Virus record (IMG/VR): IMGVR_UViG_3300042891_000377
Coordinates: 40,172 to 104,171 of that record
Strand: one strand, 5' to 3'
Length of the DNA stretch: 64,000 nt
Source: a virus
This document shows, in pieces, positions 17,176 to 26,268 of the stretch (its first letter is position 1; each line of letters opens with the position of its first letter). The notes below the pieces were generated by a model. That model did not search any database and had not been told where the DNA came from. It saw nothing but the letters and a program-made list of their open reading frames with translations. The position numbers were made by a program, and so were the translations under genes.

Positions 17176-19200
17176 ATGATGAAAAATAAACTTAAAAAAC
17201 TCCTAGTCAGTCCGTGGACTGCGTTAATTACATTAGCTGTTATTGTAGTAGTAATCCTACAAGGACCTACATTCGTAGAGTCGGTTAGACTTAGATACTT
17301 TGACACACTGATTAGTGGCAAGGCTCCTACAGAAAATAATATCTATACTGTAAACATAGATGAAGCAACATTAGACAAGTATGGGCAATGGCCATTTAAG
17401 CGTGACAAGTACGCAGACCTAATTGATGACCTGTACAAACATGGCGCTGGCCTAGTTGTTTGGACTGTTATGATGCCAGAAGCAGACCGTCAAGGTGGCG
17501 ATGCGGCCTTGGCATTAGAGTTAGAGGACCATCCAGTTATCCTTACTAACATGCCCAGTGAAAAGTCTAAGAACATCCCACGTAAACCAGGCAGTGCTGT
17601 TATTGGTGACGAGTACAGCGACACAATTATCACCTATCCGGGTATCATTGCTAACATTCCAGAACTAGAACGTAATGCCGCTGGTGTTGGTATTGCTAAC
17701 ACATTCCCAGAGGTAGATGGTGTTAATCGTCGACTACCATTGTTCGTTGGTTATGACAATAACGTATATCCAAGTATTCCGTTAGAAGTATTACGTGTTA
17801 TATCGCAAGACTCAACATTCCAAGTTAAACTAAATGAATTTGGTGTTGAGAAAATGCGCATACCAAGTTTCCGTCCTATCAGCACAGATAGCTTAGGTCG
17901 TATCTGGGTAGACTGGAGTCAAAAGTCAACACAGGTATCAGCAGTCAACTTGCCTACAGACTTTGGTGGTGCTGTGGTTATTGTAGGCCTAAGTGCCGCA
18001 GGTTTAGCTAACCCAGTGCCAACTAGTATCGGTAGCGTATGGCCACAAGATATGCAGGCCGCTGTTATTGGTACGTTAGCTAACAACGTAAACATTGAAC
18101 GTCCATTCTGGGCAGACAATGCTGAACTGTTGGCTCTTATTGTTATCTCACTTATTATTTTAATCTTGAGCCGTTGGGTATATGTTGGCCTAGGAGTTGG
18201 CGTTGTATTGCTTGCGGCAATTACACCTGCAACAATGTATGCGTTTGCGCACTATAACTTCTTGTTTGATGCCATTGTGCCCACAGCAGGCGGTGTACTG
18301 GTTATGCTACACGCTTATGGTGTTAAGTTTATTAGCGAGTTCTTACAGAAACAACAGATCAAGAAACAATTTGGTAGCTACGTTAACCCTACTATTGTTG
18401 AACGCTTACAAAAGAATCCAGAGCTGATTAAACTAGGCGGCGAACGTAAAGAACTTTCAATTGTTATGACTGACCTACGTGGCTTCACAACACTTGGCGA
18501 ATCGTTTGGTGATGATGTAGAAGGACTTACACAGATCATGAATGACTACATGACAGCATTGAGTATTCCTGTGCTAAAGAATGATGGTACTTTAATTAAG
18601 TTTATCGGTGATGCTAGTTTACACGTACACGGTGCTCCGTTGGATGATGCTAATCACGCTAAGACTGCGGTGCGTACTGCACTCGAAATGATCAAAGCCA
18701 TTGAAGACTTTAACGTAGAACTTGTTGCTAGTGGCCGGCCACCGGTTGGTATGGGTGCTGGTGTTAACACAGGTGAAACCTTAATTGGTAACATTGGTGC
18801 TAAGAGCAAGTTTGGTTATGACGTTCTAGGTGACAGTGTAAGTACTGCGGCACGTTTAGAAGGACAAACTAAGTCATATGGTGTGTTACTAATCATCGGT
18901 CCTAAGACTGCTGAATACTGTAAAGATGACTTCCCTGTAGTATGGTTAGACAACATTGCCGTTAAAGGTAAAACTATTGGCTTAGATATCTACACAGTTG
19001 GTCGTACTAATCTTTATATGCACGAGGAGTATCGTAAAGAATATACTCGTGGTAATTGGGGCAAGGCTATTGTATGGGCTAAAAAATTAGTCAACAACGA
19101 TGATGTTGATATTAAACATTACTATGAACTAATGATTGAACGTATGGAACAGGGTGTTCCTGCAAACTGGGATGGCACTTATCACGCCACTTCAAAATAA
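17176..19200 (+). CDS. CHASE2-domain class III adenylate cyclase
   Basis: NIDEATLDKYGQWPF (CHASE2), 3 TM helices, TDLRGFT, KFIGDA, YDVLGDSVSTAARLEG; TAAATA at 17162. Confidence 0.9.
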   Translation: MMKNKLKKLLVSPWTALITLAVIVVVILQGPTFVESVRLRYFDTLISGKAPTENNIYTVNIDEATLDKYGQWPFKRDKYADLIDDLYKHGAGLVVWTVMMPEADRQGGDAALALELEDHPVILTNMPSEKSKNIPRKPGSAVIGDEYSDTIITYPGIIANIPELERNAAGVGIANTFPEVDGVNRRLPLFVGYDNNVYPSIPLEVLRVISQDSTFQVKLNEFGVEKMRIPSFRPISTDSLGRIWVDWSQKSTQVSAVNLPTDFGGAVVIVGLSAAGLANPVPTSIGSVWPQDMQAAVIGTLANNVNIERPFWADNAELLALIVISLIILILSRWVYVGLGVGVVLLAAITPATMYAFAHYNFLFDAIVPTAGGVLVMLHAYGVKFISEFLQKQQIKKQFGSYVNPTIVERLQKNPELIKLGGERKELSIVMTDLRGFTTLGESFGDDVEGLTQIMNDYMTALSIPVLKNDGTLIKFIGDASLHVHGAPLDDANHAKTAVRTALEMIKAIEDFNVELVASGRPPVGMGAGVNTGETLIGNIGAKSKFGYDVLGDSVSTAARLEGQTKSYGVLLIIGPKTAEYCKDDFPVVWLDNIAVKGKTIGLDIYTVGRTNLYMHEEYRKEYTRGNWGKAIVWAKKLVNNDDVDIKHYYELMIERMEQGVPANWDGTYHATSK

Positions 19201-19211
19201 AGGATTAGATT

Positions 19212-19937
19212 GTGTATCTAATAAACAATCAACCTGTAATTGATCTGTCAGAATATGTTAATATGCAGAAGTTGTTTGATCAAAAATCACAGTTCGATTA
19301 TGCTGTGGTTAAGAGTTCACCGCTGGTTACTCCCGCTCGTTATTATCGCACACAATTCTTAGACCAACAACATCTTGGAATTTCAGATGTAATAGAAACA
19401 TATAATAATTCAGATGAATTTGATTTCCTTCAAGACCTTAGAGATCACGGTCAATTGGCTAGTTGGTTAAGATACAATCAAAATCTTATATACGGACAAC
19501 AAAGTGTTCCTATAATCTACCCAACAAATTGGCTTACTAAACATATTGCAGATGAAACAGTCAAAACAGAAAACGTAAAATATTTTAAATTTTTATTTGA
19601 TTGGTTAGCTGATGAACAAATATTTACTGAGTACGGTCGTGTAGTAGTATTTTTAAATGAGCCGGGAGTTTCAACACCAATTCATCAAGACTCTTCCGAT
19701 GCATCACGAAAAGATGAATTCATTTGGTTAAGTCTCGGCGATAGGAAAAAGTTTTTTGTATACGATGAAAAAAATAAAGTTAAGCATTATTTAACAAGTG
19801 CTATCGGCACGTTTGATGCTACTAATTATCATGGCGCTGATGCGGGGGAATTTGCATCGTGGAGTATGCGTATAGATGGTACATTCTCAGATTCATTTTT
19901 AATAAAAACTAATTTATATAAACATTTTAGGAATTAA
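19212..19937 (+). CDS. Hypothetical protein, possible Fe(II)/2OG oxygenase fold
   Basis: TPIHQD and distal NYHG (HxD...H). Confidence 0.45.
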   Translation: MYLINNQPVIDLSEYVNMQKLFDQKSQFDYAVVKSSPLVTPARYYRTQFLDQQHLGISDVIETYNNSDEFDFLQDLRDHGQLASWLRYNQNLIYGQQSVPIIYPTNWLTKHIADETVKTENVKYFKFLFDWLADEQIFTEYGRVVVFLNEPGVSTPIHQDSSDASRKDEFIWLSLGDRKKFFVYDEKNKVKHYLTSAIGTFDATNYHGADAGEFASWSMRIDGTFSDSFLIKTNLYKHFRN

Positions 19938-19938
19938 T

Positions 19939-20724
19939 ATGAAATATTTTATAGTATTAATACTGTTTCTATCAACGTCAGCTATAGCAAAACCTATTAC
20001 TGCTAAAAGTTTTTTAGTGGCAGATAACACAGGCGAAGTTATATTAGAAAAGAATGCCGACCGTGTACAGCCCATTGCTAGCATTACTAAACTAATGACA
20101 GTAATGGTAGTGCTAGACGCCCACCAAAACTTAGATGAAATGATCACATTGGATCGCAGATTAGTTGGCAAGTATCACACTCGATTGCCTCGCAGTGTTA
20201 AACAACTTACTCGTGGTGAATTGATTGATCTTGCTATTGTTAAGAGTGATAACCTTGCCGCATATACATTAGGCGCAAATTATCCGGGCGGTTTAACACG
20301 ATGTATTGCTGAGATGAATCACATTGCGTTTGTACTAGGTATGTCAAATACCACATTTGCTGACCCAACAGGACTAGACGCAGACAACGTCAGTAACGCT
20401 CGTGACTTAGGCAAATTAGTTTTAGCCGCAAAAGAATATACGGAGATTACCGAAGCAAGTGGTAAACCTAATGTAAGTATCAAAGTTAAACGTCGTTGGT
20501 GGCAGTTTGGTAACACTAATCCAATGGTTAGAAATAGCAATGATGTACGAGTGAGTAAAACAGGTTATATAAATGAAAGTGGTGGTTGTGTGGTTATGCT
20601 ACTTGATACTGAATTAGGACAACGTGTGATTGTATTGTTGGGTAGTAAAAATACTCGTACACGTTTCCCAGAAGCACAAAAAATCGCTGTAACAGTTAGT
20701 AACAGCGATATTAATGTTGATTAG
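19939..20724 (+). CDS. D-Ala-D-Ala carboxy/endopeptidase (peptidase S11, PbpG-like)
   Basis: PIASITK (SxxK), SDN, KTG; signal peptide. Confidence 0.9.
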   Translation: MKYFIVLILFLSTSAIAKPITAKSFLVADNTGEVILEKNADRVQPIASITKLMTVMVVLDAHQNLDEMITLDRRLVGKYHTRLPRSVKQLTRGELIDLAIVKSDNLAAYTLGANYPGGLTRCIAEMNHIAFVLGMSNTTFADPTGLDADNVSNARDLGKLVLAAKEYTEITEASGKPNVSIKVKRRWWQFGNTNPMVRNSNDVRVSKTGYINESGGCVVMLLDTELGQRVIVLLGSKNTRTRFPEAQKIAVTVSNSDINVD

Positions 20725-21044
20725 TCACTGCCACCACTAGCGGCTTTATCGTCTTCTGATTTCTTATCAACATTGTTGATAGCTTTCTCAGCTTCTACAC
20801 GTTCAAATTCAATTGTCTTACCGCGTAAATGTAATACTGTGTTTACTTTTTGATTCAAACGTATCAAATCGTTGTCTAACATACGTATACGATCAATTAA
20901 GGCAATAAGCACAGTATTTGCGTCTGAAATGACTGGTTTTACCTCTTTTGTAGCCCATTCCCACACGTATTTGATGATGAATCCCATACCCACTGCCATA
21001 ACAATGGGAAAGCCATATTTGTTTACTAAATCTACTACATCCAT
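20721..21044 (-). CDS. Single-TM coiled-coil protein, paralog of 22523-22804
   Basis: GFPI-TM then LIDRIRMLDNDLIRL. Confidence 0.6.
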   Translation of the reverse strand: MDVVDLVNKYGFPIVMAVGMGFIIKYVWEWATKEVKPVISDANTVLIALIDRIRMLDNDLIRLNQKVNTVLHLRGKTIEFERVEAEKAINNVDKKSEDDKAASGGSD

Positions 21045-21595
21045 AACATTATTCCTTGTGTTAGTAATACAATGCCTACAGCCGCTAGGCCAAAGCTACC
21101 CCAGAACATTAGCATACTAGCAGCAAGGATACTAGCTGATAATAGAACAATGCTTAACTGGAACGCAGTGCTGGCATAACCAATCCACGGTAGTTGTGTT
21201 TTATAGTGATCACGATCTGCTTCTAACTGTTTAGCCTGTTTAAATAACTCTGGCTTACCTTCTGCGCCTTGATCATATGATAGAGCTTTTAGGTGATGAT
21301 GTTCTGCTAGCTTTTTATCACCACGAGCATTAGCTTCTTGCCCAGCTAGTTCATAGCTAGTTTGTTTAATACTTTTAGCTTGGTAGAATACCCATAGGTC
21401 ATTGGCCTGTATGGTATTGTTCATTACTTTGCTGTTCAGACTACCTTGGAACCACATGGTAAATGCCAGTAAGGCTGCAAAGACATTAATTACTAATCCT
21501 GCTTTGCTTTTGATCATACTATCAGCGGTTTCTTTCTCGCCACCTTTCTCTTCGTTTTTGCGTATCATTTTGATTACTGTATCGTGTAATGCCAT
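21035..21595 (-). CDS. Membrane protein (DUF4337-like)
   Basis: ANDLWVFYQAKSIKQ motif, three TM segments. Confidence 0.6.
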   Translation of the reverse strand: MALHDTVIKMIRKNEEKGGEKETADSMIKSKAGLVINVFAALLAFTMWFQGSLNSKVMNNTIQANDLWVFYQAKSIKQTSYELAGQEANARGDKKLAEHHHLKALSYDQGAEGKPELFKQAKQLEADRDHYKTQLPWIGYASTAFQLSIVLLSASILAASMLMFWGSFGLAAVGIVLLTQGIMLWM

Positions 21596-22371
21596 TATCC
21601 ATTGTCTCCGTTTTTCCAACGCTCTAATATAGCCGCATAGCGTGTAATGCTGTGATTAGTAAAGAAGTTAATTTCTCGACGTTTAAGTCCTACTACAAAT
21701 CCGCGCCATACGTCTTTAGTTACCTGCCATGCTGTTGGAGCACGTAAATGACCATAGTGATTCATATAGTACATACCACCAAAGTGTTTGTATGGCCAGG
21801 GCGGAACACGTGCTACAATATCAGCATTGTTGACGAATCGGAAATGTAGTACACCTGTTGCTTCAATTTTCTTAATGTAATTTTTAGTGCCTACTTTTGG
21901 ACTACCATAGGTAAACAAAGCCTGTGGACTAGGACAGTCTTCTGAATACTGTAGACGGTACGCAACCAATGTGGCCATTGCGGCTCCTAGACTGTGTCCA
22001 GTACACCATACTGTACGTGTCTTACCATGATCGTCGGCTAGGTCTTTTAGTTTAGGCCAAATGTTATCTACACTTTCTTTAAATCCACGATGGATCCATT
22101 TTACACCCGAGTCGCTTTTTACTGGACGAGCTTTTAGGTCACTGGCAATATCAGCAAACTCTGTAGGCTGTGTACCACGGCAGGCAATAATCAGATCAGT
22201 TTTGTTTTCTAACCAGTACGCTTGACTACCTTTGATATCTATTAAGGTTGATTTAAACCCAAGTTCTTTAAATGCCGCTTTACCTTCCTTTTCATCCAAG
22301 TAAGCAAGTTCGCTAATTTTAGCAAATAGCCAGGCTTGTTCCGGAAACGCTCGCATGTTTATTGCAGACAT
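21595..22371 (-). CDS. Class 3 lipase (alpha/beta hydrolase)
   Basis: ACRGT, IHRGF, TGHSLGAA, TYGSPKVG, DIVARVP. Confidence 0.88.
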   Translation of the reverse strand: MSAINMRAFPEQAWLFAKISELAYLDEKEGKAAFKELGFKSTLIDIKGSQAYWLENKTDLIIACRGTQPTEFADIASDLKARPVKSDSGVKWIHRGFKESVDNIWPKLKDLADDHGKTRTVWCTGHSLGAAMATLVAYRLQYSEDCPSPQALFTYGSPKVGTKNYIKKIEATGVLHFRFVNNADIVARVPPWPYKHFGGMYYMNHYGHLRAPTAWQVTKDVWRGFVVGLKRREINFFTNHSITRYAAILERWKNGDNG

Positions 22372-22523
22372 AATACTACTCCTATAAGAATTCCAAAAAA
22401 TACACCAACGGCAAAGGCTTTGAACATATCTATGTCATCCCATACTGCTTGTTTCTTAAGCCATGCTTTTGTATGTGCTGGTAAGCTGTTGTGCCATCGT
22501 TCTAATTTAGTAGGTTCAAACAT
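22359..22523 (-). CDS. Small protein with C-terminal TM helix, 54 aa (not in ORF track)
   Basis: MFEPTKLERWHNSLPAHTKAWLKKQAVWDDIDMFKAFAVGVFFGILIGVVLCLQ; coupled to both neighbours. Confidence 0.6.
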   Translation of the reverse strand: MFEPTKLERWHNSLPAHTKAWLKKQAVWDDIDMFKAFAVGVFFGILIGVVLCLQ

Positions 22524-22804
22524 TAATCTCTCCGAGCGTCGTGTTTGCCATCTGCGCGACTAATACGGTCTACATCTGGACGTAGGCCTAGTGCGTTAGA
22601 TACTACTGTATCGATACGTATAACGTCATGGTTCATTGTTTTAACACGATTGTCTAATGCTGTGATGATACCGGCCATGCCTTTGATACTGCCAAGCACG
22701 CCTTGTAATAGTAATTTAATTGTAAGGTAAACAAAGTACCCGCCGGCTAATGCCATTGCAACGGGGAAGCCTAAATCGCCAATTAGTTTGAAAATATCGC
22801 CCAT
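22523..22804 (-). CDS. Single-TM coiled-coil protein, paralog of 20721-21044
   Basis: GFPV-TM then LDNRVKTMNHDVIRI; AGGAG RBS; TATAAATA on minus strand at 22840-22847. Confidence 0.65.
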   Translation of the reverse strand: MGDIFKLIGDLGFPVAMALAGGYFVYLTIKLLLQGVLGSIKGMAGIITALDNRVKTMNHDVIRIDTVVSNALGLRPDVDRISRADGKHDARRD

Positions 22805-22855
22805 TAACTACTCCTTGAATTTTGTTATTATTATACTAGTATTTATAGATTTTGG

Positions 22856-22884
22856 TTGACTTTTTGATTAGATGACTGTATAAT
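22856..22884 (+). promoter_or_regulatory. Phage early sigma70-type promoter
   Basis: TTGACT-17-TATAAT. Confidence 0.8.
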
Positions 22885-22893
22885 CATAAAACT

Positions 22894-23193
22894 ATGAGAA
22901 TAACTAAACTAAATGGTCGATTCAACGCTAACAAAAAATGGGGTTATACTTATTCTATAACCTTTAATGGCTTTGATTGGAAAAGATTCTACGCATTTAA
23001 AGCACAGGCCAAGGCAATGTTTGGTGATAGCATTGAGATGAAAAAGTCTTTTTTATGGCGAGAAGATACTGTTTTGTTGCGTTCAGCTCCTTGGGCGTTC
23101 CATTATGGCAAATCATCAAAGCCTATGATGATATACTTTCGCGACAAGACTGACATGGAACAGTGTGTGATGATGTTTGCTTTGACATCTTAA
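22894..23193 (+). CDS. Hypothetical phage protein
   Basis: ORF directly after promoter. Confidence 0.65.
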   Translation: MRITKLNGRFNANKKWGYTYSITFNGFDWKRFYAFKAQAKAMFGDSIEMKKSFLWREDTVLLRSAPWAFHYGKSSKPMMIYFRDKTDMEQCVMMFALTS

Positions 23194-23201
23194 TATTTTG
23201 G

Positions 23202-23230
23202 TTGACTTTTGAGTAAGTAGGCTGTATAAT
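23202..23230 (+). promoter_or_regulatory. Phage early sigma70-type promoter
   Basis: TTGACT-17-TATAAT. Confidence 0.8.
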
Positions 23231-23262
23231 GCTATACATAAACTAACAACACGGAGCAATAA

Positions 23263-23547
23263 ATGGCATACGTAGTCTACAACAAAGAAACAACTAAAAC
23301 AATACGAGCTAAAGCATATGGTAAAGAGTATTATGCCACAGAAGCTGCCGCTAAAGCGTTCTTAACACGTATGACCAAAATGGGCTATCGTAAAGAAGAC
23401 TTTGCCGTAGCAGAAATCAGTGACTTCCGTGCTAACATTGAAAAGTATGAAACAGTTACTAACTTAATGTCAGGTAAACCTGTTCGCCAAAGCGTGAATA
23501 CTCCATTGAGTTGTGATGTTAGCTCAGAAACATATTGGAGTATGTAA
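23263..23547 (+). CDS. Hypothetical phage protein
   Basis: GGAG RBS, own promoter. Confidence 0.75.
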   Translation: MAYVVYNKETTKTIRAKAYGKEYYATEAAAKAFLTRMTKMGYRKEDFAVAEISDFRANIEKYETVTNLMSGKPVRQSVNTPLSCDVSSETYWSM

Positions 23548-23555
23548 GATTTTGG

Positions 23556-23584
23556 TTGACTTTTTGGTTAAATGACTGTATAAT
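23556..23584 (+). promoter_or_regulatory. Phage early sigma70-type promoter
   Basis: TTGACT-17-TATAAT. Confidence 0.8.
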
Positions 23585-23617
23585 GTTACACATACACTAA
23601 CAACACAGGAGCAATAA

Positions 23618-23938
23618 ATGGACTTTCAAGCTATTCACAATGAAGCACAAACAGCAGCAACTAACGCTCAAAATGCATTTCTTAAAACATACGGCGAAAT
23701 GGCCTACTGTGGTTTTGCCTGGGTTAATGTTTATGTAGATCGTACTAACTCAACAGAAGCTAAGGGTTTACTTGGTGTTGGCTTTAAGAAAGACTACCGT
23801 CCTAAATGTTTAAACTTGTGGAGCCCAGGTAACTACCATGGTCAGAGCATGGATGTGTTAGAAGAAGGTGCTCGTGCTTATGCAGAAGTACTGACTAAAT
23901 ATGGCTTTCGTGCTTATGCTGGTAGCCGTGCAGACTAG
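23618..23938 (+). CDS. Hypothetical phage protein
   Basis: AGGAG RBS; CGFAWV...QSM...GARAYA...SRAD pattern. Confidence 0.75.
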   Translation: MDFQAIHNEAQTAATNAQNAFLKTYGEMAYCGFAWVNVYVDRTNSTEAKGLLGVGFKKDYRPKCLNLWSPGNYHGQSMDVLEEGARAYAEVLTKYGFRAYAGSRAD

Positions 23939-23957
23939 TATGAAAGTTATTAATACA

Positions 23958-23986
23958 TTGACAGCGTCATTAAATACTAGTATAAT
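23958..23986 (+). promoter_or_regulatory. Sigma70-type promoter
   Basis: TTGACA-17-TATAAT. Confidence 0.75.
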
Positions 23987-23992
23987 AGTTTT

Positions 23993-25027
23993 ATGAATAC
24001 TAAACGCATAGGCTTTGCTTGTAAGTGGATCGATAGCCCAGATCAGGTTAATGGTATCAAACCGTTAGATGATGCTAAACAGTATAACACTGGCAGTACA
24101 ACAGTAGCATGGCTTAACCGCCAAACTAAGGAAGTTGCCGAAGAAAAACTATGGGACCTAATGGTAGGTAACATAGAATCAACCCGTAAGTTAGTAGAAA
24201 GAATTGGAACATTAAATGGCAACCTTAGGATGGTTCGTATCAGCTCTGATATATTACCAGTATACACTCAGTCTGATTGGAGTTATTTTTGGCGCAAGCC
24301 TGATGTCGTTAGTTATTGCGAGCAGGCCTTGGGTAAGGTGGGTGAGCTTGCTCGTAGGCTTGATGTGCGCTTATCTTTTCACCCGGGTCAATTCACTGTA
24401 CTTGCAAGTGATAATGACGACATTGTTCACAGAAGTATAGAAGAATTCGAGTACCATGCGGACATGATTCGTTGGATGGGCTATGGTCAAAAATTCCAAG
24501 ACTTTAAATGTAACGTACACATCGCAGGTCGTCGTGGCGCACAGGGCATACGCGATGTATACCCCCGACTAAGTGTTGAAGCACGTAATACCTTAACTAT
24601 CGAAAATGAGGAGATGAAACATGGACTTGTGGATTGCCTTGAGCTTTATGATCTTGTGCCAATTGTGCTTGATATACATCATCATTGGGTCCGAGAGGGA
24701 GAATATATCTCAAGTAATGACCCAAGAGTTGCGAAGGTTATTGAAAGTTGGCGTGGCGTGCGTCCTGCTTGTCATTACAGCGTATCTCGTGAAGACGTAT
24801 TGGTTGGGCACGATACTAGCGTTGCCCCTGACTACCAACAGCTATTAGAATCTGGCTACAAGAAAAGTAAAATGCGAGCACACAGTGACTTCTATTGGAA
24901 CACTGTGGTTAACGATTGGGCATTAGAACACCTGGCATGGGCTGACATTATGTGCGAGGCTAAGGGTAAGAATCTTGCGTCATTTGCCTTGTATGAACGT
25001 GCTAAAGAGTTAGGCTTAACTAGTTAG
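23993..25027 (+). CDS. uvsE: UV damage endonuclease (UvsE/UVDE)
   Basis: RIGFAC, RISSD, RLSFHPGQF, IENEE, LDIHHH, AHSD, DIMCEAKGK. Confidence 0.92.
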   Translation: MNTKRIGFACKWIDSPDQVNGIKPLDDAKQYNTGSTTVAWLNRQTKEVAEEKLWDLMVGNIESTRKLVERIGTLNGNLRMVRISSDILPVYTQSDWSYFWRKPDVVSYCEQALGKVGELARRLDVRLSFHPGQFTVLASDNDDIVHRSIEEFEYHADMIRWMGYGQKFQDFKCNVHIAGRRGAQGIRDVYPRLSVEARNTLTIENEEMKHGLVDCLELYDLVPIVLDIHHHWVREGEYISSNDPRVAKVIESWRGVRPACHYSVSREDVLVGHDTSVAPDYQQLLESGYKKSKMRAHSDFYWNTVVNDWALEHLAWADIMCEAKGKNLASFALYERAKELGLTS

Positions 25028-26266
25028 TACTCGATGTATATCATCATAGGCTATGGCGTTATCGTCGTAGCCTATTTCTTTGAATAGAGTACGACAATTA
25101 TCTAGCAGTTCTTTTGTAATAATATGCTTGAATTCACCGTAGAAATGATGGAAATTGTACTCTACGATTGGCGCTATAGCCTCTATAACCTGTTGTTTCT
25201 CTTCTGCTGTTAACGCACAGTACCAAGCAATCTGCTGAACAACAGCTTCTGTACGTTGATCGTTGTCCTCTATTAAATCATAGCTTTCATCTATAATACC
25301 TTCAAACGTTTTAAACCCATATGACTTCAAGTAGGCTAAATTACCAACTGCACCAAGTAACATGAATGGTTGCTTCATTACAATTGGTTTAAATATCTTT
25401 TCAGTTAAGTGTAGTTTGTTGTAATAAAATACTGTTTCGGTAACTATGTGCCACAAGCTGTCATTAGTGCAACGTGGGATATCTGCACTAGCTAACCCAG
25501 GTATATACTTGTTATCAATAATTAATGGGGTACTAGGTAAATGTAATTTAATATGATCAACAGCTTTAGTTGATAACTTTGTATTACTATCGGCAATTTC
25601 TTCTTGCCATGTTGCTTGTTCGGTTGCTAGTCCAAAACTAATTTGCCCGTGTTCTAACAATAATTCTTCAGCTAATTTGCTTACAAAGTAGCAACGATAG
25701 CTACGATCATTACTTACTAATCGATTAAATGTAATATAGTCGTATTTGTATTCTTTAATTACCTGCTTATTATAATTTAACGCATAAAATCCTCGATACC
25801 AATCTAATGCCGCAAACCCGTGAAAGAAGTAATATAGCAATCGTGCATTGTATTTTTTAGCATAGTGATCGGCTAATTCAGATATTTCACTGGTGACAAT
25901 AGTTTTCTGCTTGTGTACATAAGATAAATTATTGATCCCAAAATTTAAAACTTCTTGCGAAACAACTGGGAAATTGTAAGGATGCGAATTGGTGTTATTA
26001 AATTCAATTATTTCATCTGCTGTATATTTACTTGGATAATCAAATACTTTAAGATAATCATCTGTTAGTTTATTTAATAACGGTTCCTGATCGTAAAAGA
26101 AGATTTTTTCTGTCACACATATAGTACGGGTAAATAATATTATATCATTGATAGTTATTTGCTCTGCATTGGTACTAATAGTTCCGCCGCTAGGGCAATG
26201 ATATAAATCAAAATCTTTAAACAGTTCTTGATATAAAAATTCGTATACATGATCAACTTGGAGCAT
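25016..26266 (-). CDS. Putative glycosyltransferase-like protein, paralog of 30992-31996
   Basis: HIVTET...LTEKIFKPI...PF...YLKSYGFKTF..IIDESYD; start 26266 or 26275. Confidence 0.5.
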   Translation of the reverse strand: MLQVDHVYEFLYQELFKDFDLYHCPSGGTISTNAEQITINDIILFTRTICVTEKIFFYDQEPLLNKLTDDYLKVFDYPSKYTADEIIEFNNTNSHPYNFPVVSQEVLNFGINNLSYVHKQKTIVTSEISELADHYAKKYNARLLYYFFHGFAALDWYRGFYALNYNKQVIKEYKYDYITFNRLVSNDRSYRCYFVSKLAEELLLEHGQISFGLATEQATWQEEIADSNTKLSTKAVDHIKLHLPSTPLIIDNKYIPGLASADIPRCTNDSLWHIVTETVFYYNKLHLTEKIFKPIVMKQPFMLLGAVGNLAYLKSYGFKTFEGIIDESYDLIEDNDQRTEAVVQQIAWYCALTAEEKQQVIEAIAPIVEYNFHHFYGEFKHIITKELLDNCRTLFKEIGYDDNAIAYDDIHRVLTS

Positions 26267-26268
26267 TA

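Noticed and set aside
22850-23590. CRISPR-like repeats
   Set aside because: Repeats are promoter sequences separated by whole genes; no regular spacers or cas genes.
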